DNA of 64,000 bases from Candidatus Bathyarchaeota archaeon (GCA_963702095.1 OY969706.1:2873367-2937366); one strand, 5' to 3'; numbered from the stretch's first letter, positions 9,287 through 21,640 are shown. A program made the numbers and translations. Notes: generated by a model not told the origin, from the sequence alone.

Positions 9287-12113
9287 TTACCATACCAAAT
9301 TGTAGTATGCAGTTAGTATTTTGGGGGAAGTGACGGGTATTGATTGACCGTTGTAGTAGTAATTTCCATTTTGGTCTATGAAACAGCTAAAGACAGCATA
9401 CATGGTAGGCATGCCCGGAAGCTGAAATGAATTTGTGACGGTCACTATATGGCTGCCAGAAGTTACGGCGATACTAATAGGGGCTGTTCCAACCGGATTT
9501 GGATTGTCAACCCAAACATAAGGATTCAGTTGAATCCAGCCACCGAGAGTAGCCTGTACGCTTAATGTGTTCCCGATAGTTACATATGTTGAGCTGTCAC
9601 GGGTTAACCCAGTACTGCTATGTGCCCTAGCTGTAACCGTATAAACGTTTGGTGAGGTATACGTGTGAGTAGTTGCTGGCGTCCAACCCGAATCGTCGCC
9701 GTAATTAAACTCAAAACTTAAGCTATGGCCACAGGGGTCTATAGAAGGAGATGCTGAGAATTGGTATTCATGGTATGTAACGCCGGGATAAGGTACGTTG
9801 TGACTTATGGATGGTGTGCTAATGTAATCGGGGCTGCCTAGATCTTAGGCGTATGTTACCATTTCCATAAACAGCCATTCTGCTTGCTATTCTTGTCCCG
9901 TTGATGCTGTCCAGATATGGCCAATGTGCGACAAATCCAACACAGAGGGCCGTATCTCTAAACAGTTGAGTGTTAAAGCAATCCTGTGAGGCAGAATTTA
10001 AGGCCGAATTCACCGTTTCGTGACAATCAAGGGCATGGTAATAGAAAGCATGAACAAAGTCGTAGTAGGTTGCAGTTGTATTAGACCAAAAGTTGTCTAT
10101 CGGTAATGCTAGAGCTGGAGAACCCCAAGGAAAGCCGATGTAACAATATCCGCTAGTCTCGTCTGGATTTTTATAGCCCTCGTTAGGTATACCTGTTGCG
10201 TTATGAGTCCAAGCATAAGGCATACCTATAGGTGCACCAGAATTCGGGTAAGGATTTGCACCATATTGTCCGTTGCCGATAAGGTGTGGCGGTGGCTCGT
10301 TCGGAGGAGGATCAAGATTTTGTAGATCGGTCTTACCTGACATGCATGCACTTATGAATGAGAAGTAGTTGTTGCTTGTTGAAGTTGCGGCATATATTTG
10401 GTAGTCAAACACATCATTGATTGGATCATTCTCGCCTGCTGTAGCCCCGCAGAGCATAAAGTGAAACTCGGTCGGATAGTTTTGCCAGTTTGGTATCTGT
10501 AGGTTTTGACTCAGCGGTGGTTGACTTACATTATTTGGTAATCCTATTCCGTGGTCAAACCAGATTGTAGCAGTACCTATATGGGTTTGTTCGTGGGATT
10601 GGGTGGATGATAAAACAGCACTTGGGGTAGTACCGCTTGAGGGTTGATGGTTATAGTGGTCATATCCATGATTATAGAACCTGCTATCAATGTATGCACT
10701 AAGGTCACGTTGAGCGTCAATTTCTCCTTGTGTATGAGGGTTAGGATATGAAGGTGAGATCGCTGGGTGCGTGTCAGCCCATATATCAACACTTCCGTCC
10801 GTTGCACTAGCTGTCGCGGCTGTTGATGCTAAAGCTAATATTGCCGCTATGAATAGCAAAAGGCAAAACGCTAATCCGCTGCTTTTACGCATTTTGGGTA
10901 TAGTTAAAGAATGACGAAGCCAAGGTTTCTCTTGAGTCAACAAGAACAGAATAGCGATAACTATAAACGTCATCGAAACGGCTGGTATCCATATGTCTGA
11001 AAAACCGTTCGCCGTACTGGATACTTGAATGTCCATCTTAGAGCTTTCAGCGATTGTAGCGACCTTTGCGTTTGCTGGCAGAGGTAAAGTGGAATATACT
11101 TCCTGTCTGTCTCTGACTTGTCCAGTATCAGCCCAGACACCTACATGAATTCCGTAAACTTTTCCGGGGTAATACTTGTCTAAGCCAACTCCGATACTCC
11201 AAATTGGATATAGTGTTAAGGGATTGCTGTTTCGTGCATTAGAAGCATTGCCTGCTTTTTCGAAGAATAGGTTAGCAACGATCGGTTCTGTTACGTTAAA
11301 ATTATTGATTAAAGATTGTTGGCTATCCGTGCCCACTTTCCAAGAGAAGGTTTTCGCATTTTGTATAGCTATGGCTTCGGCTTGGTGTTTAGAAAGCTTT
11401 ACAGTAGTGCTACCTATCGGGTATAGATTCCAATTATCAATGAAACCTTTTAAGAAGCCATCCTTGTAACTCAAGGATACGCATTTACAATCAGCGTCAA
11501 TTCCATCGGACGTGTATGACCAAGTAAACGTTGTGATGTTATCTATGGTTGAATTGCCTGTAAGTGCTTCAATTTTAAAGTGCATGTTGCCAATAGTAGT
11601 TGTTGAATTCTTGGTCGCGTCAATCCCCTTCAATGTTGAGACAAGTTGACCATAGAATGGGTCTGCTGAATATTCTTGATAGTTAAGTAGGAAAAATATA
11701 GCCTTCTGGACTGACATCACTGATATTAAGGATTCGTCAAATGTTGAAGCAACTTTTGATGGTAACGCCTGTATCTTATCCCAGCGAGAGTCTTCAAGTA
11801 CACTCATAATCTGCAATGATCCCTGGGTAAAAGTTGCTTGAATTTCTGCAGTGTCTCCAAGACAAAAAAGGCTATAACGAACATTTTCTGTTGGCAAAAT
11901 TCCCAGATATGTATCGCTTGGGTTTACGGTTGTAATGGCATTATATTGTGTTAGGTTAAAGCCAGCCACTTTATCAATCATGCTCAGCCCTTTTTCTACA
12001 GAATCTGTTGGTTTTGCTTGCGCGCTTGGCGTAATGGTATAGATACTAGAAATCGCCAGAATTATTAAGCAAATTGTTAGGAGTAAAAGCTTTCGCCTAA
12101 AATTCCTTACCAT
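9287..12113 (-). CDS. Large secreted/membrane protein with putative clan-CD-like peptidase domain and PKD domain; frameshift near 9832
   Basis: ORF 9819-12113 plus an open frame 9829-9287 encoding FNYGDDSGWTPATTHTYTSPNVYTVT (PKD-like); SD GGAG upstream. Confidence 0.65.
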
Positions 12114-12528
12114 TTTTTATTTTCTCCTTTTTTTATATGTGCAGCTCTTATCTTCTTTACCGCCTTACCAGTAGGTTGTATTTACTTATCAAATATTACA
12201 TATTTGATTATTTAAAAACGAAACTAAGATTTGCGCAAAAATGGGTGAAAAATGTCATTTTATAAAAATATGGTGATTAAATTAGTCGAATAGTTGCGAT
12301 TCTATTACTACTTTTTAACATTTTTATGCATGATTTTATGAAAAGAGTCCTGTAGAGCGTCTTGTATCAGCCAAGAGGCTTGATAAATCTAATCAGCGGA
12401 GATGGTTCCATTAGCTGTTCCTGAAGTTTTGAGCAAATACATGCGGCTACAGAGAGAAAATAGCCAAGAAACGCTAAAAGTTTTAATATGGGCTTGAGAA
12501 TCTTCTGGGTCGTCTCGGAGAAATAAGT

Positions 12529-13206
12529 TTGTCAACAAAATCCGCCAAGCACATACGCGACAAATGGCGCGCTAAATCATGGTACATGGTAGTTGCGCCT
12601 TCGTTTTTCGGCAACATAGAGTTAGGCAGCATTCCAGCTCAAGACGAAAAAATGTTAATCGGCAGAGTCGTAGAAGCAACCCTCTATGACATAACAGGTG
12701 ACTTTTCACATCATTACCTCAAAATGTTCTTCCAAATCAACATCATAGAAGGCAAAACCGCCCGAACCCTCTTCAAAGGACACGAATACTCTCGTGACTA
12801 CCTAAGAAGCCTCGTGCGCAGAAGAACCACAAAGGTAGATGGCTTATTCAACCTCACAACAAAAGACGGCTACAAACTCCGAATATCCGTTTCAGCCCTG
12901 ACACTCTCACGCATAAAGACTTCACAGGAAAAAATCATCCGCGACATGATGGAAAAAATCATCCGCGACAAAGCCGCAGCCCTCACACTCGACCAGTTCG
13001 TACAGGAAATGGTGTTGGGCAAAATCGCCTCAGACATCTACAACCAAGCCAAACTCATAGCGCCACTACGCCACGTCGGCATACGCAAATCCAAACTCAT
13101 CAAAGCCCCAGAAGGCGCCGCCAATGTAGCACCAATACCACTCGCCCCAGTCGAAGAGGCAGTTGAGGAAGAAGTCGAAGAAGAAGAGCCAGCCCCAGTA
13201 GAATAA
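12529..13206 (+). CDS. rps3ae: 30S ribosomal protein S3Ae (eS1)
   Basis: RDKWRAKSWY, GRVVEATLYDITGD, DYLRSLVRRRT. Confidence 0.96.
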   Translation: MSTKSAKHIRDKWRAKSWYMVVAPSFFGNIELGSIPAQDEKMLIGRVVEATLYDITGDFSHHYLKMFFQINIIEGKTARTLFKGHEYSRDYLRSLVRRRTTKVDGLFNLTTKDGYKLRISVSALTLSRIKTSQEKIIRDMMEKIIRDKAAALTLDQFVQEMVLGKIASDIYNQAKLIAPLRHVGIRKSKLIKAPEGAANVAPIPLAPVEEAVEEEVEEEEPAPVE

Positions 13207-13286
13207 ACAACCTTTTCCACTCTTCATTTTTGGTGCAAAAGGTTTATTCTTATTTCATCCAGTTTACATACGGGAGAGCGGTGACT

Positions 13287-14208
13287 TTGAAAGTTACGGC
13301 GTTAGCAGGCGGAGTAGGCGCAGCCAGATTCTTAACAGGCCGTCACACGTTTAATCAAAGAAGACGACCTCACAGTAGTCGTTAACACAGGCGACGACAT
13401 AGAACTCTTCGGTTTACACATCTCCCCAGACATCGACATAGTCACCTACACGTTGGCGGGCATCGTGGATGAAGAGAAAGGCTGGGGCATCAGAGGCGAC
13501 ACCTTCCACTGCCTCAGCATGCTAAAAACCCGAGGCGCCGACACATGGTTTAACCTTGGCGACCGCGACTTAGCCACCCACATCTACCGAACCGACCGCC
13601 TAAGACAAGGCTTCACGCTCTCAGAGGTTACAGCTGAAATCGCCAAAGCAGTGGGGCTAAAAGCCAAGATACTGCCGATGAGCAACAACAAATTCGTAAC
13701 AAGAATAACCACAAAAGACGGCTCCATGCATTTTGAAGAATACTTTGTGAAGCGGCAGTATAGAGACGAAGTTTTAGGCATAGACCTCGTGGGTGCAGAA
13801 ACCGCTAAGCCTTCCCCGGGTGTTTTGGAGGCGGTTTTTGATGCGGATTTGGTAATTGTTTGTCCAAGCAACCCCGTAGTCAGCGTCGGCACCATCCTCT
13901 CAGTCAGCGGCGTCAGAGACGTGCTTAGGCGGACGGATGCACGGGTGGTGGCGGTCAGCCCGATTGTGGCGGGGTCTCCGCTTAAGGGTCCAGCGGATAA
14001 GATGATGCGGTGGCCGGGCGTTGAAGTTTCAGCTTTCGGCGTTGCTGGTCTCTACTCGGATTTCATCGATGCTATAGTGATCGATTCTAAAGATGCTGCT
14101 TGCAAGGATCGAATTGAAAAGCTGGGTTTGAGGGTCGCCGTAACTAATACGGTGATGGCTACTTTGGAGGATAAGGTTTCTTTGGCTAAGGCTGTCTTGG
14201 AAAGCTAA
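13287..14208 (+). CDS. cofD: 2-phospho-L-lactate transferase (F420 biosynthesis), frameshift near 13340
   Basis: TTG 13287 gives MKVTALAGGVGAARFL; after a shift VVNTGDD, SPDID, LGDRDLATH, HFEEYFV, PSNPVVS, LKGPADKMM. Confidence 0.9.
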
Positions 14209-14612
14209 CGGTTCAATATAGAATAAGGTGGCATCTATAGATTATATGGGTACAATAAATAGGGCAGACAGGGGCTTCTTTATTTAACGTGCAACGGACA
14301 TGCCAAACAAGAAAATAAAGAAACGGCGTGCAAAAGTTGAAGTTGAAACAGCATGGTACTTCAACCATGTTTAAACAGGTAGAGTGAGGGGAAAGTATGT
14401 TGAAACAGGAAACGGGTAGTAGTAAGCAAGCGAAAGCTAAGGACTCAGACCTTATCGATTGGGTTTTAGCTATAGATGCCTGCATCAAATAAACAAGGTA
14501 GAATACCGCCAAAAAGGTCAAAGAACAGAGTATTCCTTCTCCGAGTGTACAATTATTAAAGATAAGGGTTATATCTTCAAGCTTAATATTGGATTATTAA
14601 ACCGGAGCTGGT

Positions 14613-15284
14613 ATGATGGAGAAAAAAAGTTACGACTGGTTTGAACAACGCCGAAAAACCAGAGGCTTAGAACTCGCTCATGAACAAATAACAAAAGCAT
14701 TCGACACAGTGACTTTACTACAGAAAGCAACCAAATCCTTCGCAGACAAAAACTATAAAGAAACCAAAAAATACATTGAAAACCTCTACAAAGCCGAAGA
14801 AGAAGTCGACCAACTTCGAACAGACACCTTCATGGAACTATCTAAAGGTGCAGCGCTTGTTTCAGATTACAGAGAAGACCTTCTGCACCTGGTTAAACGG
14901 TTAGACACCTTAGCAGACCATGCGAAGGATGCTGCCCGATGCCTCGAAATGCTAGGAGAAACCGAGATTCCGACAGAACTTTCCGATAAAACCGTATTCA
15001 TGGCTTCTAAACTCGTTGAAACCGCCCAGACCCTGCGGAACAGCATTGAGAAAATCTCTTCAGCACCCAATGAAGCCATCCGTGAAGCCAAGAAAGTCGG
15101 CGAAATAGAACACTCCATCGATGTAGAATACCTCAAAGTCAAAAGCTTATTCGTCAAATACGGCGTGGGCATGAACTGTGGAGCCATGGTCATATTCGAC
15201 GACCTAATAGAGTTCATCGAGCAAGCCGCAGACATGTGTGCGGATACAGCAGACTACATTTTGGTTCTCTCAAACAGAGAATAA
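14613..15284 (+). CDS. DUF47/PhoU-like phosphate transport regulator
   Basis: EEEVDQLR, REDLLHLVKRLD, EHSID, EQAADMCAD. Confidence 0.88.
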   Translation: MMEKKSYDWFEQRRKTRGLELAHEQITKAFDTVTLLQKATKSFADKNYKETKKYIENLYKAEEEVDQLRTDTFMELSKGAALVSDYREDLLHLVKRLDTLADHAKDAARCLEMLGETEIPTELSDKTVFMASKLVETAQTLRNSIEKISSAPNEAIREAKKVGEIEHSIDVEYLKVKSLFVKYGVGMNCGAMVIFDDLIEFIEQAADMCADTADYILVLSNRE

Positions 15285-15361
15285 ACTTTCTTTTCTTCTC
15301 ACTTTTTGGGCACCCTAAGGTTTGCTGTTCATATTTTCGTAAATTTAATATTGAATGAAAC

Positions 15362-17751
15362 ATGGGATTGCTTGTAAGGATAGAGATGAAAACTGCACCC
15401 GCACTTCTAGTGGTTCTGCTCTTCTCAGTAACGCTATCACTCACTCTACCAGCCGCTTCTGCCAGTACCAACACAAGCGTAGGTTGGCCTATGTTTCGCC
15501 ATGACCTCTCAAATAGCGGTTACACAAACAGTAGCCTTCAAGCCAACTCCGCTGAACTCCTCTGGCGTTTCCCCACAAGCGCCTCAGTCCTATCTTCGCC
15601 TGCAATAAGCGACGGCTTAGTATTCTTCGGTTGCAAAGACTGCCACATCTACTGCGTCAATGCTACCACAGGCGAACTGTCGTGGCGTTTTCCAACAGGG
15701 CACGAAGTTAACTCTTCGCCTGCAGTCTACGAGGGCTGTGTCTATGTGGGCTGTGATGATGGCTGGGTTTACTGCATGAACATCTCTACTGGGATGCCGG
15801 TTTGGATTATGTGGGCTGGGGGGTATGTGCGGTCGTCTCCTGCAGTGGTGGACGGTCGGGTTTTCATCGGTTCAGGTAGCCATGATGTCCTCTGCTACAA
15901 TGCCTCAGATGGAGCCCTTATCTGGCGGTACCCCACCTCGTTGCGGGTGGATTCTTCGCCGGCAGTTGTAGACGGCGTGGTGTATGTTGCATGCGACGAC
16001 TATCACCTCTACGCCCTCAACGCTTCCACGGGAGAAAAAATCTGGAGCCAATACACCGGCAGCAACCAAAACTCCCCCTGCATAAGTAACGGGTACATCT
16101 ACATCGGAGCCTACAACGGCTGGGTTACCTGCGTAGATGCCTCCACTGGCACGCGGGTTTGGACAACCCAAACAGGCGACACCGTGGGCTCTTCCGCCGC
16201 TGCGGCTTATGGGCGAATCTACGTGGGCTCAGAAGATGGCAGCATCTACTGCCTAAATGCATCTGACGGCGCTAAGCTTTGGCAGACCAAAACCGGCTAT
16301 TGGGTGTGGTCTTCGCCCGCAGTCGCCAACGGCTACCTATTCGTGGGCTCCCAAGACTACCATCTCTATTGCCTCGACGCATACACTGGAGCAGAAAAAT
16401 GGAATTACCGTGCCGACTGCATCATCGACTCCTCCCCCAGCATTGTGGGAGACACACTTTATTTTGGCTCCCACGACTATCACCTCTACGCATTCCGCCT
16501 AACCGCTACAGCCTCTCAGCAAACAGCAGTTAATAATCCATTAGCTTGGTCCACAATCGTCTTTGACATACTCTTCTGTGCGGTTTGGGCAGCTGTCCTC
16601 TTATTTCTCATCCGTTACCTCTACGCCAACCGCAGAGTGCTTCAAACAATACGGCCTATAACTGGGCGTTGCTCGATTGAACAATGGTTCTCAGCCAACA
16701 TTAACCTACTCGCTGGTTTAGTCATCATTGTTTTCATCGTTGTTTGCTATTTGAACCTCAATGGTGCGCCGCTCTGGGCTGCAGACGAAAAAACCTACAG
16801 CCAAATCGCCTATCATACCGTTAGAAGCGGAGACTATTTTATCCCATGGGTTAACGGGGAACCCGCGGTTTGGGTTGGCAAGCCGCCGCTTCTACTGTGG
16901 CTGATATCGGTGTCCTATCAGGCGTTGGGCGTTAACACTTTTTCCACTCGAGTTTGGCTTCCACTGTTTGGAGCAGGCGCATTGGCGGTAACATATTTTT
17001 TGGGCAAAAAACTCTACAACGCCAAAGTCGGGTTGCTTTCCATGGTGGTTTTGGGCACTTTCACCACTTTCTATGCGTTTGCAACCCATGCCATGACCGA
17101 TGTCCCTTTGATTTTCTTTATGCTGGCAAGCATCTACTGCATGCTCCAAAGCCGAGAAAAAACAAATCACACTTTCAGATATGCTATTTTGGGAGGGGCC
17201 TTTTTGGGTTGGCGTTGATGACAAAGCAGCTTGAAGCCCTGCTGATTCCGATGATACTGCTACTCTACTTTGTCTTTGCTAAACAGGTACGGTTTGTATT
17301 CTCCAAGCAGGTGGGTGCTTCTTTGGGTACAGCTGCAGCCATATTTGTTCCATGGGTGGTCTACATGAACTATCTTTCCAAGGACTTCTGGAACTGCTAC
17401 TTCGTATATAACAACCTCTCAAGACTAACCAACCCCATTGAAGGTCACACCCAAGGCTACCTCTTCTATTTCCAGTATCTGTTGACTAATGAGACTGTTT
17501 GGGCACTGCTTTTGCCCTTTGCACTTGGACTATGCATCTATATGGCTGCGGTTAAACGTTCCAAGCCTGATATGCTGGTGCTGGTTTGGGCGACAATTGT
17601 GCTGGTGGCATTTACGTTGGCGCAAACCAAAATCTACTGGTACATATTGCCCGCGTTACCTGCTTTCGCATTTGCCATAGCCAACTTGCTCTATTACACT
17701 GCAACAAGAATCCACCTGCACAGAACCAAAGAAAAGAATGCATCACCCTGA
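15362..17751 (+). CDS. PQQ/BamB-like beta-propeller fused to GT-C (PMT/ArnT-type) glycosyltransferase; frameshift near 17205
   Basis: WPMFRHD, repeated SSPAV/G..W blades; then WAADEKTY, KPPLLLW, TDVP; ORF 16954-17751 supplies GLALMTK, PW and WYILP. Confidence 0.8.
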
Positions 17752-18121
17752 ATTTCTCGCTAATCCCTCTCGTAGGTTAAAAGCAGAAGGTTTGTTGCTC
17801 TGCCGCATCCTCTCTTCCCCTATAAAAGGGCAAAATCGGCTTTGTCTCTTTATGTGGGTGTGGCGGTTTATAGGGTGCCACAAGAAGGCAGGTGGGGGCG
17901 GTTGCTTTTTGGGTTTGCATTGTTTTTTGGTGCCTGTTTCGGTGTGGGATATGCGTTTTCTTCCACACGCGGTACATGGCTCTATGTTGAAGCGGGTTGT
18001 ATATGGATGTGAAGCAACATACAGAACCAAAAAAACAAACACACTTTCACTGATATTTGGATTGAATCGGTAAACCCTTTTGTTTTAATTAAAATATTTG
18101 AGCTGTCCAATTAGGTAACGT

Positions 18122-18973
18122 ATGTTTGATTTCCTAGTCTACGTCGCCGCCGTTGCCTCCCTCATCGCCGCATTAGTTTACATCCGCTCGATGTTTAGGG
18201 GGCAGACTAAACCCAACAGGGTAACCTGGTTCATGTGGTGTGTTGCCCCGTTTGTGGCGACTGCAGCCTCTCTATCCAGCGGTGCAAGCCTAGCCGCCCT
18301 GCCTGTCTTCATGTCGGGGTTTGGTCCATTACTCATATTTACCGCGTCGTTTTTTAGCAAAAAAGCATACTGGAAACTTTCATCCTTCGACTATGCCTGC
18401 GGCGCCTTCTCTGGATTAGCCCTTATTCTATGGTACATAACCAGCAACCCAAATGTGGCAATCGGTTTTGCTATAGTAAGCGACGCATCTGCGGCTATCC
18501 CCACCCTAATCAAGGCATGGCGTAACCCCGAATCAGAATCTATCTGGCCCTACCTCGTCGGCTTATTTGCTCCGATGACAAGCTTTCTTGTTGCACCTGC
18601 CTGGTTTTTCTCGGCATTGGCGTTCCCCGTCTATCTGGTAGCGATAAATGTGTTGCTTGTTGCTTCAGTATCTAAAGGACGATTAGCTCATAATAGTTTG
18701 AAAAGAAACTCCGCCAATAAACCAACCAAAATAGCAACAACCACAACCGCAATAACGAAACGTGGCCCCGCCGCTTTGACGCTCTGTATGAGTCGAAGCC
18801 CAATAGCCACAAACAAGGAAAGAACAACCCCTGCCAAAATGGACGTAGTTATGGGTACTTCAGGATACAAGATTACGCCGACAAGCGGCACTATCAAAAC
18901 AGGCAGAATTAAGCTGGGCATAATCAAAGACCACTTGCCTGTCCATAGCATCCCAACACCACAGGTCTGTTAA
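18122..18973 (+). CDS. Hypothetical membrane protein (true 3' end probably near 18690)
   Basis: TKPNRVTW...PTLIKAW.NP.SE pattern over the first ~185 aa; the tail overlaps a convergent ORF. Confidence 0.7.
   Translation: MFDFLVYVAAVASLIAALVYIRSMFRGQTKPNRVTWFMWCVAPFVATAASLSSGASLAALPVFMSGFGPLLIFTASFFSKKAYWKLSSFDYACGAFSGLALILWYITSNPNVAIGFAIVSDASAAIPTLIKAWRNPESESIWPYLVGLFAPMTSFLVAPAWFFSALAFPVYLVAINVLLVASVSKGRLAHNSLKRNSANKPTKIATTTTAITKRGPAALTLCMSRSPIATNKERTTPAKMDVVMGTSGYKITPTSGTIKTGRIKLGIIKDHLPVHSIPTPQVC
18688..18951 (-). CDS. Small membrane protein
   Basis: 3 hydrophobic segments; directly follows 18970-19944. Confidence 0.55.
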   Translation of the reverse strand: MLWTGKWSLIMPSLILPVLIVPLVGVILYPEVPITTSILAGVVLSLFVAIGLRLIQSVKAAGPRFVIAVVVVAILVGLLAEFLFKLL

Positions 18974-19944
18974 CCCTCTTTATTCTTAAGGGTTTCCAGA
19001 ATAGGAGGTTTATGCTTGAAGAGCAGCGGCAAACCCACCGTTGGAATCGACAGCACCCATAAGTTAAGGTTTCCTAGGAACCACAAGTACCAGTAGCTCC
19101 ACGTTTCATCTTTTCCAAAGAAAATCCATGTGAGGTAATTGATAAGGTGGAGCAAGCCCAATGCGGTAATGATGGCGCCGACTGTTTGAACATTTAGTTT
19201 TTCTATGTTTTCTGTTCCAATGGATTTTTTGGTGAAGTAAGCAGTAAAGATGGTTAATGCAAGCATTCCAAACGCTGTTAGAGCGAAACTGAACAGGTTT
19301 TCTGGGTAAGCCAAATACTGGGTTCCCTGCCGCAGTATGGTTGATACCCAAATGGCAGTGCTGGTAAGCCAAAACACCAAAATGTAAACCGTGCCCGCAA
19401 TCAACCCCCATTTTATTGCTCCCTTCACTGGTTTGTTGGGGCCCAATTCGTGGGATAGCTTGAACAAAGCAATGGGGATAACAATGGATTCTATCAGAAG
19501 AGGCAAGGCGTAGATTAAAATGGAATTAAAAATTGGCAGCGTCGAGATGTGACCGTTGACACGCCAAATGGTGAAGCCAACCGTGGAAGATAACGTCAGA
19601 ACGGCGGTAGTTAGCAGCCCCAGCCAGTAAAAGGCTTCCCCAATCAAAACCAGCCTTAAAAGCTTCTTTACCCTCTGAGTTGAAAGCCCCTTCCTTACTA
19701 AGTAGAGTATGGCTCCTCCAAAGGCGATGGCGCTGGCAACGAGTCTGGCGGCGACTCCGATGGCTGCCGAAACGTCTTCAGCAAAAATAATTTGCCGCAG
19801 GGAGCCGCCGAAGGATTCCCATTCGCCAACCCACGAAAGGTTAAACATGGCGTGGACGGTTAATAGGAAATAAGCAGTGGCGACTATGAGGAACCCAATG
19901 TTGAGCGGTGAGTAGACGTTTGGCTTTGTCATTGTGCTTAGCAA
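18970..19944 (-). CDS. Hypothetical multi-pass membrane protein
   Basis: 324 aa, about 8 TM segments. Confidence 0.75.
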   Translation of the reverse strand: MLSTMTKPNVYSPLNIGFLIVATAYFLLTVHAMFNLSWVGEWESFGGSLRQIIFAEDVSAAIGVAARLVASAIAFGGAILYLVRKGLSTQRVKKLLRLVLIGEAFYWLGLLTTAVLTLSSTVGFTIWRVNGHISTLPIFNSILIYALPLLIESIVIPIALFKLSHELGPNKPVKGAIKWGLIAGTVYILVFWLTSTAIWVSTILRQGTQYLAYPENLFSFALTAFGMLALTIFTAYFTKKSIGTENIEKLNVQTVGAIITALGLLHLINYLTWIFFGKDETWSYWYLWFLGNLNLWVLSIPTVGLPLLFKHKPPILETLKNKEG

Positions 19945-19984
19945 GCATTTAGAAGCTAAGTGCTTTTATTTTTTTGGTTGGGGA

Positions 19985-20063
19985 TGGCGGGCCCGGAGGG
20001 ATTTGAACCCTCGATCTCCGGCTCCGCAGGCCGGTGTAATAATCCGTACTATACAACAGGCCC
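19985..20063 (-). tRNA. tRNA-Arg(GCG), intronless, encoded CCA
   Basis: Reverse complement: acceptor GGGCCTG/CGGGCCC, anticodon arm CCGGC-CTGCGGA-GCCGG, T arm GAGGG-TTCAAAT-CCCTC, 3' GCCA. Confidence 0.96.
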
Positions 20064-20263
20064 ACCTGTCTTTTGCCCCAAAAAATTTGAGGCAGAAATA
20101 GGTAATACGGTGCTTGAACTTAAGAATAGTGGTACATAAAAAACAGAGCTAACTCCACAAGGTTAGAAACGCCGTTTAGACTTCAAGTAAATTATATTAG
20201 CCAACAAACAGTAGCCTACTTGGTGAAGTTGAACTGGCATATGGTATACGCACGAGAAAGCCA

Positions 20264-21640
20264 GTGCTGTTCTCCATCGTTTTAGTGGTTCTTCTGCTGG
20301 CTACTCAACCTCCGCCGGCGACTTCTGCGCAAATCTGGAACTCCGACAGCAACGGCAGCAACAATTCCGCCTACGATGGCAATGGCACTATCCAAATCGA
20401 CGCTCCAAAAGGTACCTGGTCCATGTATTACACTGCACTGCCGCAGAATTGGCGAAGCTTCAATGTATCCGTAGATGTTAACGCTCAGGACCTGCAGGGC
20501 TTCTACGTTATCGCTAAGGGCGATCTTCCTCTTGTCGGCGAAACCGATGATTTAACCTGCGGCATAGGTCCCTATTCTGATGATGGAGGAGGCGCACTCT
20601 CGACTTCTGCAACATTTGGAAATCATACAAGCGCCGCACACTTGAACTTTGATTTGATTCAAACAAACACTTGGTATACTCTTGTTATCAGTTTAGACTT
20701 GCAGCAGAATTTCTTCAGGCTTATAATGTTTAACGCAAGCGGCACTTACCTGGGCGGTTCTTCAGGTGGAATAGATCCTGAAATTCTTGCGTCAATCAGT
20801 CAACTGAAGTATGTCGGGTTTGGCGCTGGCTTAAACGGCGGCAGCTACACCGTCCGCAACGTAAAATTAGTAACTGATCCGCCCCTGCCTGAAACCGATC
20901 CATCAAACGTGCTATTGACGTCAATGCTTTCGTTTTCTTGCCAAAGCTCGGTGATCAATAGTTCACAGTTCAAAGTGGACGTTAAAGGTAACATAACTCT
21001 AGATGGAGTACCGCTATCCAACGCTCAAATTCTCTTCTCCTACAGTATCGGCAACGGAACCGTATGGAACGACATAGCCTCAGTGTACTCGGATGCAATG
21101 GGCAACTATTCCTTGATGTGGCTGCCTACTGAAGCGGGAACTTACCTGCTGCGGGGCACCTACAACGGAAACGCAACAGTACCAGCGGCAAGCAAAACGG
21201 TCAGTTTCGCCCTCTTGCCCTATGAACATAAAAGCATATTCTCCGTAACCTCAAACTCAACCATCTCTAGCTTCGCCTTCAACTCCACGGCCAACCAGAT
21301 AAGCCTCTCAGTAACGGGTCCCAACGGAACCCAAGGCTATACAGAAATAACCATACCCAAGTCTATGCTGCTTGATGCTTCAAACCTCCAAGTAAGCCTC
21401 GACGGTGCAGAGGTGAGCTATACAGTTCAAGAGCAAGGGGACATATGGGTAATCTCCTTAAACTATCACCATAGCTCTCACCAAATAACTGTAGCTTTGA
21501 ACTCGGAGAGCTCAAATCGCATCGAAGGACTCCCACCCCAACTAGTCTACATAGTACTGGCTTTAGTAGTGATTGCAACTGCTACAGCATTGGCAGTTCT
21601 GTTTGTTATGACCCGCAGAAAAAACAGCGGTGGGCTTTAG
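20264..21640 (+). CDS. Surface protein with Ig-like domains and C-terminal TM anchor
   Basis: Signal peptide; SVTSNSTISS...GYTEITIPKS...YHHSSH domain; TM plus RRK. Confidence 0.8.
   Translation: MLFSIVLVVLLLATQPPPATSAQIWNSDSNGSNNSAYDGNGTIQIDAPKGTWSMYYTALPQNWRSFNVSVDVNAQDLQGFYVIAKGDLPLVGETDDLTCGIGPYSDDGGGALSTSATFGNHTSAAHLNFDLIQTNTWYTLVISLDLQQNFFRLIMFNASGTYLGGSSGGIDPEILASISQLKYVGFGAGLNGGSYTVRNVKLVTDPPLPETDPSNVLLTSMLSFSCQSSVINSSQFKVDVKGNITLDGVPLSNAQILFSYSIGNGTVWNDIASVYSDAMGNYSLMWLPTEAGTYLLRGTYNGNATVPAASKTVSFALLPYEHKSIFSVTSNSTISSFAFNSTANQISLSVTGPNGTQGYTEITIPKSMLLDASNLQVSLDGAEVSYTVQEQGDIWVISLNYHHSSHQITVALNSESSNRIEGLPPQLVYIVLALVVIATATALAVLFVMTRRKNSGGL

Noticed and set aside
17780-17960. GT-rich intergenic stretch with short matches (GGCGGTTTAT, GTTGCTTTTTG) to the 7300/23338 repeat
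   Set aside because: Matches are short, low-complexity and not collinear; not called as a third copy.
18690-18973. Long antisense overlap of two membrane-protein ORFs
   Set aside because: The + strand tail reads like the antisense of TM codons; probably a lost stop or an indel.
19985-20063. tRNA-Arg as the integration site of the element
   Set aside because: No duplicate of its 3' end seen in the window, and it is flanked by ordinary genes.
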